This document shows positions 26,470-40,279 of a stretch of DNA of 64,000 nucleotides, piece after piece. Positions within the stretch are counted from its first letter, which is position 1, and each line of letters starts with the position of its first letter. Origin of the DNA: Octopus sinensis (Eukaryota); assembly GCF_006345805.1 (NCBI RefSeq), contig NC_043000.1:18290001-18354000 (forward strand). The letters run 5' to 3'. Below the pieces are notes generated by a model, which saw nothing but the letters and a program-made list of their open reading frames with translations, had not been told where the DNA came from and ran no database searches. The position numbers and the translations under genes were made by a program.

Positions 26470-26600
26470 ATCTTCGGCCGCTTGGGCTCTGTTGTGTCCA
26501 CTACTCTGATTGGTTGGTATTGGCGCAGTTTGTCTCTTGCTGTATTACGCGCTAATGTGCGACCCAACCAATCGCAGCTTTCTGATAATCGTTTAACGGT
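26470..26600. promoter_or_regulatory. Possible CCAAT-box promoter-like segment
   Basis: ctgattggttgg (26506), attggcgc (26519) and ccaaccaatc (26564) in a locally CpG-rich stretch that matches no repeat elsewhere in the window. No linked exon identified. Confidence 0.25.
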
Positions 26601-27652
26601 CAGGTCAGATTGAAATTAATACAAACTGGGAAAATGGGAATTAAAGATTTTTCTAAATAGTTTGGATGTTTTGGCGCATACTTATCGAAATTTTTACTCG
26701 GTTACCCATCGAATCCCCCAGCTGGAACAAAGCAAAATCCTTCTGCATTGATGATACGCACACTTAGAATACCTTTTGCAACTGGTGCACTTCTTCGGTA
26801 TATCCCAAAACGCGGCAAAATACTCGAAAAGGTTCTATATCTAATACAGAGGAGTTGAAATACGTAACTAGTCGTTAACAAAAATTACAGAACAATTCTG
26901 GTGCACAGTGGCTAATACGAAAATGCCCGAGAATGAAGAGAGATTCTAAACTAATATTAGAAGCAAGACCAAGTCTAGATATTCAGAAAACCGGCTTGCA
27001 ACGATCGATGATCGTGGATATCCTATCACCAAATGAAGCAAATGTTGATACCACTAACACGACTCTTAATGATGTTAAACGAAGCAAGAATTGTGAACAT
27101 GCAGCGAGATGTAGTATTGCACTAGAGTTGCACGCGTTTCGATGACGATATCATGCAATCTAATTAAATGGTCACGCCATGAAGACTATTTAAACTATTT
27201 AATACGATTGTCTTATTAATGAAGTCAAGTTTGCTTCCTCAAACTGATTACATAACGCTTCCTTGTTTTTAAAACCTTTATAGAAAAAAATTCCTCATTC
27301 ATGTGAAAGCTAAAGTTGAGAGATTACTGTATTTTGGGGTGTGATAACATTATCAGAAATGAACGTAAAGCTAGTTTTTGGTCATTGTAGCATGCTCTTC
27401 ATAGGCTGGTGTAACTGCTGCTATATCTCCAGTAAATCCATATAAACGAGGATCAATATAATTGGAAATATCCTACCCCGTTCCGCTGCTAATTGTTGCT
27501 TATACATACATTCTTACAGAAGTTTGTATTTTTAACTGCCCATTTCAGCCTTCGTGTTCCAGGGTGGATACAGTTGAATGGCTGTTTCTCAGTATTTTGG
27601 CCTCATTCCATCTGAAACAGTTGTCGTTCATCTAATCGATTGCTGTGCACAT

Positions 27653-27863
27653 TACTCTTTTTACTCTTTTACTTGTTTCAGTCATTTGACTGCGGCCATG
27701 CTGGAGCACCGCCTTTAATCGAGCAACTCGACCCCCGGGACTTATTCTTTTGTAAGCCCAGTACTTATTTTATCGGTCTCTTTTGCCGAACCGCTAAGTA
27801 ACGGGGACATAAACACACCAGCATCGGTTGTCAAGCAATGCTAGGGGGACAAATACAGACACA

Positions 27864-27953
<90 letters not shown>

Positions 27954-28110
27954 GACGGGCTTCTTTCAGTTTCCGTCTACCAAATCCACTCACAAGGCTT
28001 TGGTCGGCCCGAGGCTATAGTAGAAGACACTTGCCCAAGGTGCCACGCAGTGGGACTGAACCTGGAACCATGTGGTTGGTAAACAAGCTACTTACCACAC
28101 AGCCACTCCT
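27653..28110 (-). mobile_element. SINE family A
   Basis: Full-length minus-strand copy with internal (CA)n(TA)n. Confidence 0.9.
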
Positions 28111-28377
28111 AATTCGAACCAAGCGATATACAACATTAGTCTGATCTTAATATTACAACGTTCAATTAAAGTCGGATAGTTGTTTCTGTTGTTGTTGTTG
28201 TTGTTGCAACTGTGAGTGACTTTCTTTTTCAGACTCGTCCTTCCGTTTTTGTAAACGTAGGGTATGACATGAAGGAGATTTGGTTGCCATTTCTTGCAGT
28301 TTAAGCAACCACTTAGGTGTCCATGTCGATTCTTCGTTGCAGTTGTTGATGTTATTGTTGTTACACTTTTGCTTGTT

Positions 28378-28582
28378 TTACTTGACTGTGGCCATGCTGG
28401 AGCACCACCTTTAGTCGACCAAATCGACCCCAAGACTTATTCTTTGTAAGCCTAGTACTTATTCGATCGGTTTCTTTTGCCGAACCGCTAAGTTACAGGG
28501 ACGTAAACACACCGACATCGGTTGTCAAGCGATGTTGGGGGGTCAAACACAGACACACAAACATATACACACACACATACAT

Positions 28583-28672
<90 letters not shown>

Positions 28673-28836
28673 GATGGGCTTCTTTCAGTTTCCGTCTACC
28701 AAATGCACTCACAAGGCTTTGGTCAGCCTGAGGCTACAGTAGAAGACACTTGCCCAAGGTGCCACGCAGTGGGACTGAACCCGGAACCATGTGGTTGGTA
28801 AGCAAGCTACTTACCACACAGCCACTCCTACGCCTA
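28378..28836 (-). mobile_element. SINE family A
   Basis: Full-length minus-strand copy. Confidence 0.88.
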
Positions 28837-29895
28837 CATCGTTGTTAATACTCGTGATACTTTTTCTGTTGCTGTTGTTGTTGTTTTGGGTGTTGTTATA
28901 ATTGCAGTTGCAATTTAACTCTTGGTGTTGTAATTTAACTCTTGTGAGATCAGCCTGTAACAATTGATTGGTAATCGGATATTGGGTACCTTTTGGTTAT
29001 CTCACCCCCATTATTGTGGCGACAAGAGATTGGATTAAAATAGATCCTTTGGATCTTTTCTTTTTGAACGGCAGTTTTCAACACAATTTCTAGTTAACTA
29101 AACACTTTAAAACTTCGTATACTGGTAGAATGTGTCAAAATAAAACATTTTTTTCTCTTGGCTTTCTTGATTGTAATTCGTTTGTTTAACGTAGTTTAAT
29201 TTTTCGAATTTTAACCAATCAATTGCCTCTAATTGAGCTAAAATCATTTGCTGCGTCTAAAACTGAGACAACATCCTGTCACTGACCCTAACCCTAAATT
29301 TTAGCCTTTCGTTGCTTTTTTCTTAATTGTTAAATTAATTTAAGGATAACAATTACGAAAAAAAAAATGAAAGCAATGGAAAATAATTTAAACAATTAAC
29401 AAACAAAATAATTCTATAATTTTATACACACGCTTTCTGTACGTATACATAACGAAAGGCTAAAACGAAAGCAAAAACTCAAAACAAAAACAAAACGAAT
29501 AATCCGTTTGTCTGTCCTTGTTTGTCTCCTCTATGTTTAGCCCCTTGTGGACAATAAAGAAATAAAAATAACTAGTATGATCTATATTTGGCCCAGTCAG
29601 CTGACTGCCTGAAGTGGTTGACACTTCTCACAATATCCTCATGCCCTAATAAATAAATAACAATAAGCAAACAAAAATATCTCACTCTTAACTGAAAAGT
29701 AGACTACTACAGTTAGAGGAGTTACCTGAGAAAGAAATAAGCATATACTGTGGGTTGCAATGATCCACAGGTGAATTCAAAGACCCAGTCTTAATTAGTG
29801 AAGAGTATTATGCAGGGTCTCTGTTAGTCAATATTGACCATGTATCTGTACATGTAGGTCTGGTCCAAACTTTTTAAACAAAACTTGCAGATATA

Positions 29896-30510
<615 letters not shown>

Positions 30511-30768
30511 AATACCCCAATATTACTAATTTATCCTCTTCATACCTCTGATGTTTATCCAAGAAAGAGGCCGCTGACTTGGGCCAATACAGTTTGGTAT
30601 TAGTGTCTTTGCAGGTCCTCTAACAGCACTGCAAGTCCATCACCCTGGAGTGGTACCTTATTATCGACCCTCATAAGGATGAAAAGCAAAGTTGACTTCA
30701 ACTGGATTTGGTCTCATACAACTAAATCTATCCAACACTCTAACAAATCTGTTAATTGATCCACCTTA

Positions 30769-31357
30769 TCATCATCATCATTGTTCAACCGTGGTCGAGA
30801 CAATGGAATTCACCATGCTACGCCATACTTCACGGTCCATCATGGCATTACGGAGGTCCTGTTGCTGGATGCCTGTATCTCTGGAGATTACATCAGGGTA
30901 GGAGAGTGTGCGCCCTCTGGTATTGCGAGTAGATGGCTTCCAGAAGAGAAGAGTAGAAATTACCTCGTTTTCAGCTCTACAACAATGTTCAGCAAACTGG
31001 ACTCTCCTACCTTTCACAAGAGATGACACAGGTGGTAGTTTCCCATATATTTGCATTTTGGTTGGATGGCGCCTCCACGAGAGATTTTGAGCTCTCATAA
31101 GGAGGCGAGTGTAGGTTCCATCCAACCGCCTCTCAAGCTTCTTTGATAACGTCCAGGTTTCTGAGCCATATAGTAGAATTGGTTCGACTGTGGCTTTAAA
31201 GATTTCAAGTTTGAAGTCTCTACTTAGATTTGATGACCAGATCTTATGCATGTCATTACAGGCTGACCAGACCATACCCTTTCTAGTTAGAAAGTCTTTT
31301 CCAGATGATGATATGTATGATCCAAGATATTTGTAATCAGAAACCATATTTAAGAAT
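30769..31357 (-). mobile_element. 5'-truncated RTE-clade LINE with 10-bp TSD
   Basis: ORF YKYLGS..ILLYGSETWTL..DREVWRSMV is still open; (TGA)n tail directly after the stop; TSD atccacctta at 30759-30768 and 31358-31367. Confidence 0.92.
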
Positions 31358-31639
31358 ATCCACCTTAAGAATATCATTATTATTAATGATATGGATTTTT
31401 TTTTTGCCACAGGAGTAATAAACGAGAGGATATTACTAAAACAAATTGGCTTTATGCAAAATTGTATGAGAAAATTGTTACGCAAACAACAGTATTATGA
31501 AATGCTCCAATAGGAAGACAGCAAGTGGAGATCCGTTTAGGAATTCCATACATTCAGTCTTATGCTAACTACCAAGGATAAGTGCCCTCCTCCGACTGGT
31601 TTTTAAAGCCGTTATGGGCATTAGCATTAGCCCCTGAAG

Positions 31640-31760
31640 GCTGAGGAAAACAAAGGTATGTGGTGCAGCAATCCTCACTGTAGACTTGGCTGATAGCTAC
31701 ATCTGTTCTAGACGTAACAACAGCAGCTATTTGACATAACTCAGCAATGTTCAGATGCAA
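31640..31760 (-). pseudogene. Small fragment of the Tx1-like family seen at 36450-38465
   Basis: The minus-strand gagttatgtcaaatagctgctg..tcagccaagtc..gattgctgc aligns by eye with 36790-36870. Confidence 0.5.
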
Positions 31761-31801
31761 ATTTACTTTGCCTCTTTCCTACTCCTCCTTCCCCTCAATG
31801 C

Positions 31802-31841
<40 letters not shown>

Positions 31842-31850
31842 ACACACACA

Positions 31851-31881
<31 letters not shown>

Positions 31882-32153
31882 CACATTCATATGTAAAGCA
31901 TATGACACAGAAAATGATATTAAGTGTTTTGCAATTCAAATTTGCACTGACTTTCAACACCTTCCCATAAAATTCAAGAATGTCTACAATGCAGTGAGAA
32001 TTATATTGGCTAAATGGGATCAAAATTAATCCATTGGATTAAGGTACATAAGCAACAAATCCTAGATCCAACACTTGGAAATTTCACATGTGATAAACAC
32101 CTAGACATTTGTGCAACCGGAAAATAAAAAATATTTCCTGTTTTTGTTGAAAA

Positions 32154-32650
32154 TCATCATCATCATCATCATCATTTAGCGTCCGTTTTCCATGCTAGCA
32201 TGGGTTGGACGGTTCAACTGGGGTCTGTGAAGCTGCAAGGCTTCATCAGGCCCAGTCAGATCTGGCAGTGTTTCTACGGCTGGATGCCCTTCCTAATGCC
32301 AACTACTCCATGAGTGTAGTGGGTGCTTTTTACGTGCCACCCGCACAGGTACCAGATGGAGCTGACAAACGGCCATGAACGGATGGTGCTTTTACGTGCC
32401 ACCGACACGGGGGCCAGACAGAGCTGGCAAACGGCCACGAAACGGATGGTGCTTTTACGTGTCACCGGCATGGGGGCCAGGCGAGGCTGGCAACGGACAC
32501 GAATAGATGGTGCTTTTATGTGCCACCGACACGGGGGCCAGACAGAGCTGGCAAACGGCCATGAACGGATGGTGCTTTTACGTGTCCCCGGCACGGGGGC
32601 CAGGCGAGGCTGGCAACGGACACGAACGGATGGTGCTTTTACGTGCCACA
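32154..32650 (-). mobile_element. SINE-like family D with internal ~62-65-bp tandem repeats and (TGA)n tail
   Basis: Contains ggcattaggaagggcatccagccgtagaaac; about five repeats of gcaccatccgttc.tggccgtttgccagc..ggcacgtaaaa. Confidence 0.85.
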
Positions 32651-32997
32651 AAGAGAAAAAAAATGATCAAGTATGAAAAACAAAAGAAGAATACTTTATG
32701 AGAATTCTAAATGCAAAATTAATCTGGAAATAGTCAACATCACAACTAAAAATAACTTCCACTTTACCAATTTTCTTGTAACAGGTGTGTTTGAAAAGCT
32801 ATGAACACACAAGGCACTTACACAATACTCTTTTACTCTTTTATTTGTTTCAGTCATTTGGCTGTGACCATGCTGGAGCACCACCTTTAGTCGAGCAAAT
32901 CAACCCCAGGGTTTATTGTTTGTAAGCCTAGTACTTATTCTATTGGTCACTTTTGCTGAACTGCTAAGTTACGAGGACATAAACACACCAGCATGAC

Positions 32998-33083
32998 AAC
33001 ACTAACCCTAAAACCTTAACCCTAACTCTAAAACCCTAACCCTAAAATCCTAACACTAACTCTAAAACCTTAAAGCTAAAACC
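32998..33083. repeat. Degenerate interstitial (CCCTAA)n-like tract
   Basis: actaaccctaaaaccttaaccctaactctaaaaccctaaccctaa... Confidence 0.7.
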
Positions 33084-33431
33084 TGTACAAGTGCACAAAC
33101 GATATTATAAATAACAGTGACAAATGAAAAATACACTGCCAACAGTTGTTGGAAAGCAAAGCAGTAATTTTATTCAGCTGAATACATGTCATTGATTCGT
33201 TGAAATTACTGAAATAGGACAACTTTAACATGAAATAACTTCGTAAATTCTAAGAGTAAAAGTTATTTTATATGACACATTCTACCAGTATCTGATGTTT
33301 GAAAGTGTTTAGTTACAAAAAATTATTTTTTAAAACTTTAGGTCAACAGGTAAAGATCTGATATTTATACCAGAAACTTTTTGAGAATACGTATGGATAT
33401 TCTTGAATTTATTTACATAAGACTCTCTCTC

Positions 33432-33831
33432 TCTTTTACTCTTTTACTTGTTTCAGTCATTTGACTGCGGCCATGCTGGAGCACCGCCTTTAATCAAGCA
33501 ACTCGATCCCGGGACTTATTCTTTTGTAAGCCCAGTACTTATTCTATCGGACTCTTTTGCCGAACCGCTAAGTAACGGGGACATAAACACACCAGCATCG
33601 GTTGTCAAGCAATGCTAGGGGGACAAACACAGACACACAAACACACACACGCATATATATATATACATATATACGACGGGTTTCTTTCAGTTTCCGTCTA
33701 CCAAATCCACTCACAAGGCTTTGGTCGGCCCGAGGCTATAGTAGAAGACACTTGCCCAAGGTGCCACGCAGTGGGACTGAACCTGGAACCATGTGGTTGG
33801 TAAACAAGCTACTTACCACACAGCCACTCCT
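33432..33831 (-). mobile_element. SINE family A
   Basis: Full-length minus-strand copy. Confidence 0.9.
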
Positions 33832-34134
33832 ATTTATAAATTTCATTTATTTTCGGATGCTGGTATTAAATTAAGCTTTAATTCATAAAGTTGAAAAGGC
33901 TTTTATTATAGGCAAAGGGTAGAAAAAGGAAATGAAAATGAACATAATGAAGGTAAATTAGGATTATAATTTATTTTGAAATCTAAAGGTCAACTGAAAT
34001 TGAAACCTGTTGATCAGTAAAGTTGAAAACAAGGAAATGAATAGTTATGTTAGGAATGGAGTGTCAAAATGTTGCTATGTGCATATTTACTGTTGAGTGT
34101 GTATGCTTGTGCTTAATTACATGTACTAATTACT

Positions 34135-34885
34135 ACTTGTGTATCTGTGTGTGTGTGTATGTGTGAGTGTGTATGTGTGTGTGGGTGTGGGTGTGTAAGT
34201 ATGTGTGTGTATATGTAAGTGTGAGTGTGTATGTGAGTAAGTGTATGTTTGTGTATGTGTGTGTATGTGTGTGTGTGAGTGTGTGTGAGTGTGTGTGAGT
34301 GTGTGTGTGTGTGAGTGTGTGTGTGTAAGTATGTGTGTGTATATGTAAGTGTGAGTGTGTATGTGAGTAAGTGTATGTTTGTGTATGTGTGTGTGAGTGA
34401 GGGTGTGTGTGTAAGTTTGTTTGTATGTGTGTAAGTGTGTGTGTGTGTGTGTGAGTGTGAGTGAGTGAGTGTGTGTGTGAGTGTATGTATGTATATATGA
34501 AAGTGTGTATATATGAAAGTGTGTGCGTGTGCATGCCTGTGTGTGTGAATGTGTGTGAGTGTATGTGTATGTATGTGTATGTGTGTGAATGAGTAAGTGT
34601 GTCTGTGTGTGTGTGTGTGTGAGTGTGTTTGAGTGTATGTGTATGTATATATGAAAGCGTGTGCGTGCCTGTGTGTGTGAGTGTGTGTATGTATGTGTAT
34701 GTGTGTGTGTGGGTGAGTGAGTGTGTAAGTGTGTCTGTGTGTGTGAGTGTGTATGTGAGTGTGTGTGAGTGTATGTGTATGTATATATGAAAGTGTGTGT
34801 GTGTGTGCATGCCTGTGTGTGCATGCCTGTGTGTGCATGCCTGTGTGTGAGTGTGTGAGAGTGTATGTGTATGTATGTATGTAAA
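34135..34885. repeat. Complex (GT)/(GA)-rich microsatellite with internal block duplications
   Basis: Source of the three 240-260 aa His/Thr low-complexity ORFs. Confidence 0.92.
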
Positions 34886-34984
34886 AGATTCCATAAAATT
34901 CTTAGCATGGTGAATTCCTTTATATATATCAGAGCAAAAGGAATTTCAAGGTTTGAGTAGCTTAAAGATAAGAATGAAAATCCT

Positions 34985-35190
34985 TTCTATTATCTGCACA
35001 AGGCCTGAAATTTTGTGGTGGCTAGTTACATCGACCCAGTATTTCACTGGTACTCCATTTATTGACCCTGAAAGGATGAAAGGCAAAGTAAACCTCGGTG
35101 GCATTTGAACTCAGAATGCCAGGACAGATGAAATACTGCTAAGCATTTTTTGTCCATCATGCTAATGATTCTGCCAGCTTGCTGCCTTGA
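34985..35190 (-). mobile_element. SINE family B
   Basis: Family B consensus on the minus strand. Confidence 0.75.
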
Positions 35191-35201
35191 AAAAAAAAAA
35201 A

Positions 35202-35234
<33 letters not shown>

Positions 35235-35235
<1 letters not shown>

Positions 35236-35767
35236 TGGCTCTCATGGCTTCTGATCTTAACTGATTGGAAGTGTTATCGTGTACATTGTTTTGTCTTGGT
35301 ATAAAAGATGGGCTACAGCAAATATTCTGCTCAATACCACAAATTTGCTTGTCAGTTGTTTGACCTTAATCAGTTGAGCATGTCCCTTAGTGACTGACGA
35401 TATGTGCATCTCTGATCACGAGTAGCAGTAGTGGGGGAGCATCATAGCCATGTGTTGAGAGGGATTCTTTGGGGTTTGAATAGTTCACCTCTGGAAACAT
35501 GGGTGGTTCTTTCAACATCCTTAAACAACCCTTATTCAGGGACCTTTTGAGCAGGATGGGCTACTCAACCTGAAGAAAATTCTTACTGGGCCCCACCTGC
35601 AAAGTCATGCGCTGTTTATCTTGATATGAGATCATCATGTCGCGTACATATGGTTGTGATGCATGTGCCTGGTGTACCCTTATCAAACGGGTAGTCATGA
35701 TGGGTATACGGGGCTTCGTATATTTTACCCTAGTGTCACTTTGATGGCATGCGCTGCTCTCTCACTC
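35235..35767 (+). mobile_element. Unclassified ~533-bp insertion flanked on both sides by (TAA)n
   Basis: (aat)n|atggctctcatggc ... gctctctcactc|(aat)n; no ORF. Confidence 0.55.
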
Positions 35768-35899
35768 AATAATAATAATAATAATAATAATAAATAATAA
35801 TGATGATGGTTTCTTTTATTTTCCACCAAGGTGAAGGGTGAGGGGGACAATACAATAGAGTGTTGGGGTTTACATATGATGGAATGTTTAAAAAATATA

Positions 35900-36305
35900 C
35901 AGGAGTGGCTGTGTGGTAAGTAGCTTGTCTACCAACCACATGGTTCCGGGTTCAATCCCACTGCGTGGCACCTTGGGCAAGTGTCTTCTACTATAGCCTC
36001 GGGTTGACCAAAGCCTTGTGAGTGGATTTGGTAGACGGAAACTGAAAGAAGCCCGTCGTATATATGTATATATATATATGTATGTGTGTGTGTTTGTGTG
36101 TCTGTGTTTGTCCCCTAGCATTTTTGTTTGACAACCGATGCCGGTGTGTTTATGTTCCCGTCACTTAGCGGTTCGGCTAAAGAGACCGATAGAATAAGTA
36201 CTGGGCTTACAAAAGAATAAGTCCCAAGGTCGAGTTGCTCAATTAAAGGTGGTGCTCCAGTATGGCCGCAGTCAAATGACTGAAACAAGTAAAAGAGTAA
36301 AGAGT
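35900..36305 (+). mobile_element. SINE family A
   Basis: Head caggagtggctgtgtgg through tail gtaaaagagtaaagag. Confidence 0.88.
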
Positions 36306-36449
36306 ATTATAAGAAGGGAAGTATACATAGTATATAACACTAGAGGATACAGGAGGACCTACACACACACATACACACTCACACACACGCATGCACACTT
36401 ACATACACAAACACATACACACTCACTCACACACACATACACACACACA

Positions 36450-38465
36450 CGTACCATCCAAGATCACCCTGAATACCAAGAACAAGTGCCCTTTCCAATT
36501 CCTTTCTTCTGAATCACAGGTCTACACTGAGAGTGGTACCATTCACTCTTGCCATTTTCGCAACTTTCACCCACCTTTTCCATAATTTCACTCGTAGACA
36601 GAAACAGCACCTCCCTCTCCACCCTCTCTTTCCTTTTCAAGTTAAACTCAAAAAAGTCGATAAGAGCTTTGCCAAAGAGGAATATTTCTGTCTTTATTCC
36701 TTTCAGCCTCATTCAGCAGACAACCTCTTTCGCCACAGCCACCAGTCAAAGGAAAACTGCCTTGCCTGCCTGATTAAAGGAGGGCGACGGAGCAATTATC
36801 ATTATGGACTCGGCTGACAGATGAATCCGTCATACATGTGACAGCAGCTATTCGACATAACTCCACAAATCAGCATGCAGAATGGTTTCGTTGCTCATCG
36901 AGCACCTCAGACAGGCCCGTCTGATAGTACATCTGTGCCTGTAGAGTTTATCTCAAAGCGGTAGCACCCCTGGTGGCACTGCCAGACCAAAGACATCGGG
37001 AAATTATCTATAATAGCCCCTGACCAGAAAGTCCCCAGAAGAAACTTGCCAGTTCGTCTTCATCGATGACTAGGATCTCTCTGATGATGTTGTCACACTT
37101 CCCCGCTGCTGGAAGCACTCCGTCGGTTACGACGACGAGGGTTCCGGTTGATCCGAATCAACGGAACAGCCTGCTCGTGAAATTAACGTGTAAGTGGCTG
37201 AGCACTCCACAGGCACGTGTACCCTTAATGTAGTTCTCGGGGATATTCAGCGTGACACAGAGAGTGACAAGGTCGGCCCTTTGAAATACAAGGTACAACA
37301 GAAATAGGAAGTAAGAGTACAGCAGGATCACCACCATCCCCTGCCGGATCCTCGTGGAGCTTTAGGTGTTTTCGCTCAATAAACACTCACAACGCCCGGT
37401 CTGGGAATTGAAACTGCGATCCTATGACCGCGAGTCCGCTGCCCTAACCACTGGGCCATTGCGCCTCCACTTTCCCCGCCATTAATCCTCTGTATATAAC
37501 TAAAGTGGAACCACTGATCATATTGGCCGACTTATAGAGGACAGTGAGCACCTGATGACATTCTAAGTGCCAGGCACTCAGTCTCAGCCTATCCTTTACC
37601 CAGGACTGCAGCTCCAACAAGGAGATGAGTTGCGGAGAGACGTTTCTCACAAATGGAGCCCACACATGTTCACCATCTAGAAATCGTTGCAGGTGGTGCA
37701 ACCTGAATGCATGTCTGTGCATCAAAAGCCATGACATGCCTAAGTTACCATGCAAAGGAAGTTGGCAGCAGACTGACCACCTGACCATTAGAATGCATCC
37801 CTTCCTCAAGAAAATAAACAGGATACGCTCCAATCTAATCAAGCAATAACTGGGGCAAGGCACGATGGTCAGATGATAAATAAGGACAGAGGTGATGTAG
37901 GCATTTGCCACCTCTGCCTGACCTTTCAGGGACAACTTCCTCTCTGCCTATTTCTAGGTAAGAGAGGTCATCCTGTTCATCACCTCTTCCCAATTCTTAT
38001 CCACCAGGAGGTCGGGACCAAACCAGATCCCGAGCAATTTAACTGGTCCGTCAGTCCATCATCCGATGACGCCGTTCGACGGCATCGATCTGCCTCTCTA
38101 GGTGCCCAGTCGCAATCCCACCGACTTGTTGGCATTGAATTTGGCCCCTGCAACTAACGCATATTCCTTTACAATGCAACCAACTGTCTCCACTTTGGAG
38201 GTGTCTGACACCATGATGGGGATGGCATTCACATGTGCAGACACTGCCCTCCCAAGTGAAATTTCGAAAAGGAAGCTTCTTAACTGTTCCAATTTCTGCA
38301 GCAGCAGCTTGTGAACCAGCACATGCACATGAAGTGACAGTGGGCAGCCCTGATGGACCGAATGTGCAATACTAAATGGTTCCGATAGGTAGCCATTTAC
38401 TTTGACCACTGAGCAGGTGCCACTGTGTATTGCAGCAACTCAGCCTCTGAAAACGGGTCTGAAAA
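36450..38465 (-). pseudogene. Tx1/L1-clade LINE ORF2 pseudogene (RT to C-terminal zinc knuckle), interrupted by SINE C
   Basis: VKVNGYLSEPF..SVHQGCPLS (GVRQGCPLS motif), SAHVNAI (decayed YADD region), GAKFNANKS, SLKGQAEVAN..SVLIYHLTIVPCP, and ACLRCSMSNETILHA. Confidence 0.85.
37110..37468 (-). mobile_element. SINE family C inserted in the Tx1 element
   Basis: Full-length copy; ~10-bp TSD act(t)tccccgc. Confidence 0.9.
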
Positions 38466-38582
38466 TATGAAGAAGAGAAACGTTCATAATTATGAACAAG
38501 TCACAGTTATAACTAAGAGGGTTATAAGAGGGTTATAAACCATTACATGTTAAAAATAGGTGTTTCTATCTATCTATCAATC

Positions 38583-38618
<36 letters not shown>

Positions 38619-38689
38619 TATATATATATATATACACACATATATATATATACACATATACATATATACTCTTTTTAAAATTTTTTTTT

Positions 38690-38891
38690 TACTTGTTTCA
38701 GTCATTTGACTGCGGCCATGCTGGAGCACCGCCTTTAGTCGAGCAACTCGACCCCGGGACTTTTCTTTTTTGTAAGCCCAGTACTTATTCTATCGGTCTC
38801 TTTTGCTGAACCGCTAAGTGACGGGGACGTAACACACCAGCATCGGTTGTCAAGCAATGCTAGAGGGACAAACACAGACACACAAACATAT

Positions 38892-38961
<70 letters not shown>

Positions 38962-39124
38962 GACAAGCTTCTTTCAGTTCCCATCTACCAAATCCACTCA
39001 CAAGGCTTTGGTCAGCCCGAGGCTATAGCAGAAGACACTTGCCCAAGATGCCACGCAGTAGGACTGAACCCGGAACCATGTGGTTGGTTAGCAAGCTACT
39101 TACCACACAGCCACTCCCGCGCCT
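38690..39124 (-). mobile_element. SINE family A
   Basis: Full-length minus-strand copy. Confidence 0.9.
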
Positions 39125-39197
39125 CTATATATGATATATATACACTTATATATATGATATATATACACTTATATATATATATATATATGCATATATA

Positions 39198-39368
39198 TAT
39201 CACCATCATCATCATCATCATCATCATCGTTTAGCGTCCGCTTTCCATGCTAGCATGGGTTGGACGGTTCAACTGGGGTCTGGGAAGCCAGAAGGCTGCA
39301 TCAGGCCCAGTCTGATCTGGCAGTGTTTCTATGGCTGGATGACCTTCCTAACGCCAACCACTCCGTGA

Positions 39369-39372
<4 letters not shown>
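39198..39372 (-). mobile_element. SINE-like family D, 3' part
   Basis: (cat)n tail, then gtttagcgtccgctttccatgctagcatgggttggacgg. Confidence 0.8.
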
Positions 39373-39408
<36 letters not shown>

Positions 39409-40279
39409 GAAAGAATGGAGTCGAACGAAGATGTTAACAAAATTCCTTTACTCTCTCTTTCATTTATTCATATACAACACACAAATTTCTGCACATGAAC
39501 CCGGAGTTTCTACCCTTGGACAGGTCGCTTCAGCCGTGTTTCTGACGTGAATTTGCTACCCAGGTTTTGGTCAAACGAATTTTCCATGCTGACGATAAAC
39601 AGAGGATAATTCATTCACCTACTTAAATATATATATATATGTATGCATTTGTGTTTATGTATACATGTATGCATGTATCCATCTCTCTCTCTCCCCCTCT
39701 CTCCCTCTCCCCTCTCCCTTTCTGTATATATATACACACGTATGCATGTGCACATAACCACATGGATACAGATACTTATGTTTACTCTTTTCATGTCTAA
39801 ATTCCAATGAAAGAGCCTTGTTTCTAGAGAAAAAGTAATTCTTTATTAGTGAAAAATTTTAAATGTAAAACCAAGAAATTACACACACACACACACACAC
39901 ACTTGCGTCCATACATATACACACACAACACACACACACTCACATGCACACACACACATGCATGCATGCACATACACATGTATGCATGCATACATATACA
40001 TACATATACACAAATTCACATACACATGCACATAGAGAAACAACCAAATGTAATTCATTTAATGCATAGAAAATATCTGCTCACATACGTAAGTACACAC
40101 ACACACACACACACATGTATGTATGTATATGTCATATATCAAAACTAAGTGATGAGTTCAACAAGAGTTAAATAGAGCTAGTTACATATGAGTTAAATAA
40201 AGTACTTTATTGTTATGATATAATACAATAAAATATCTTCAGTTAAATCTAGTTGCAATTTATGGTTAAAACTTACATA

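Noticed and set aside
34113-34908. Three 241-260 aa His/Thr-rich ORFs
   Set aside because: They are translations of a GT-rich microsatellite; all three frames are open only because the repeat lacks stop codons.
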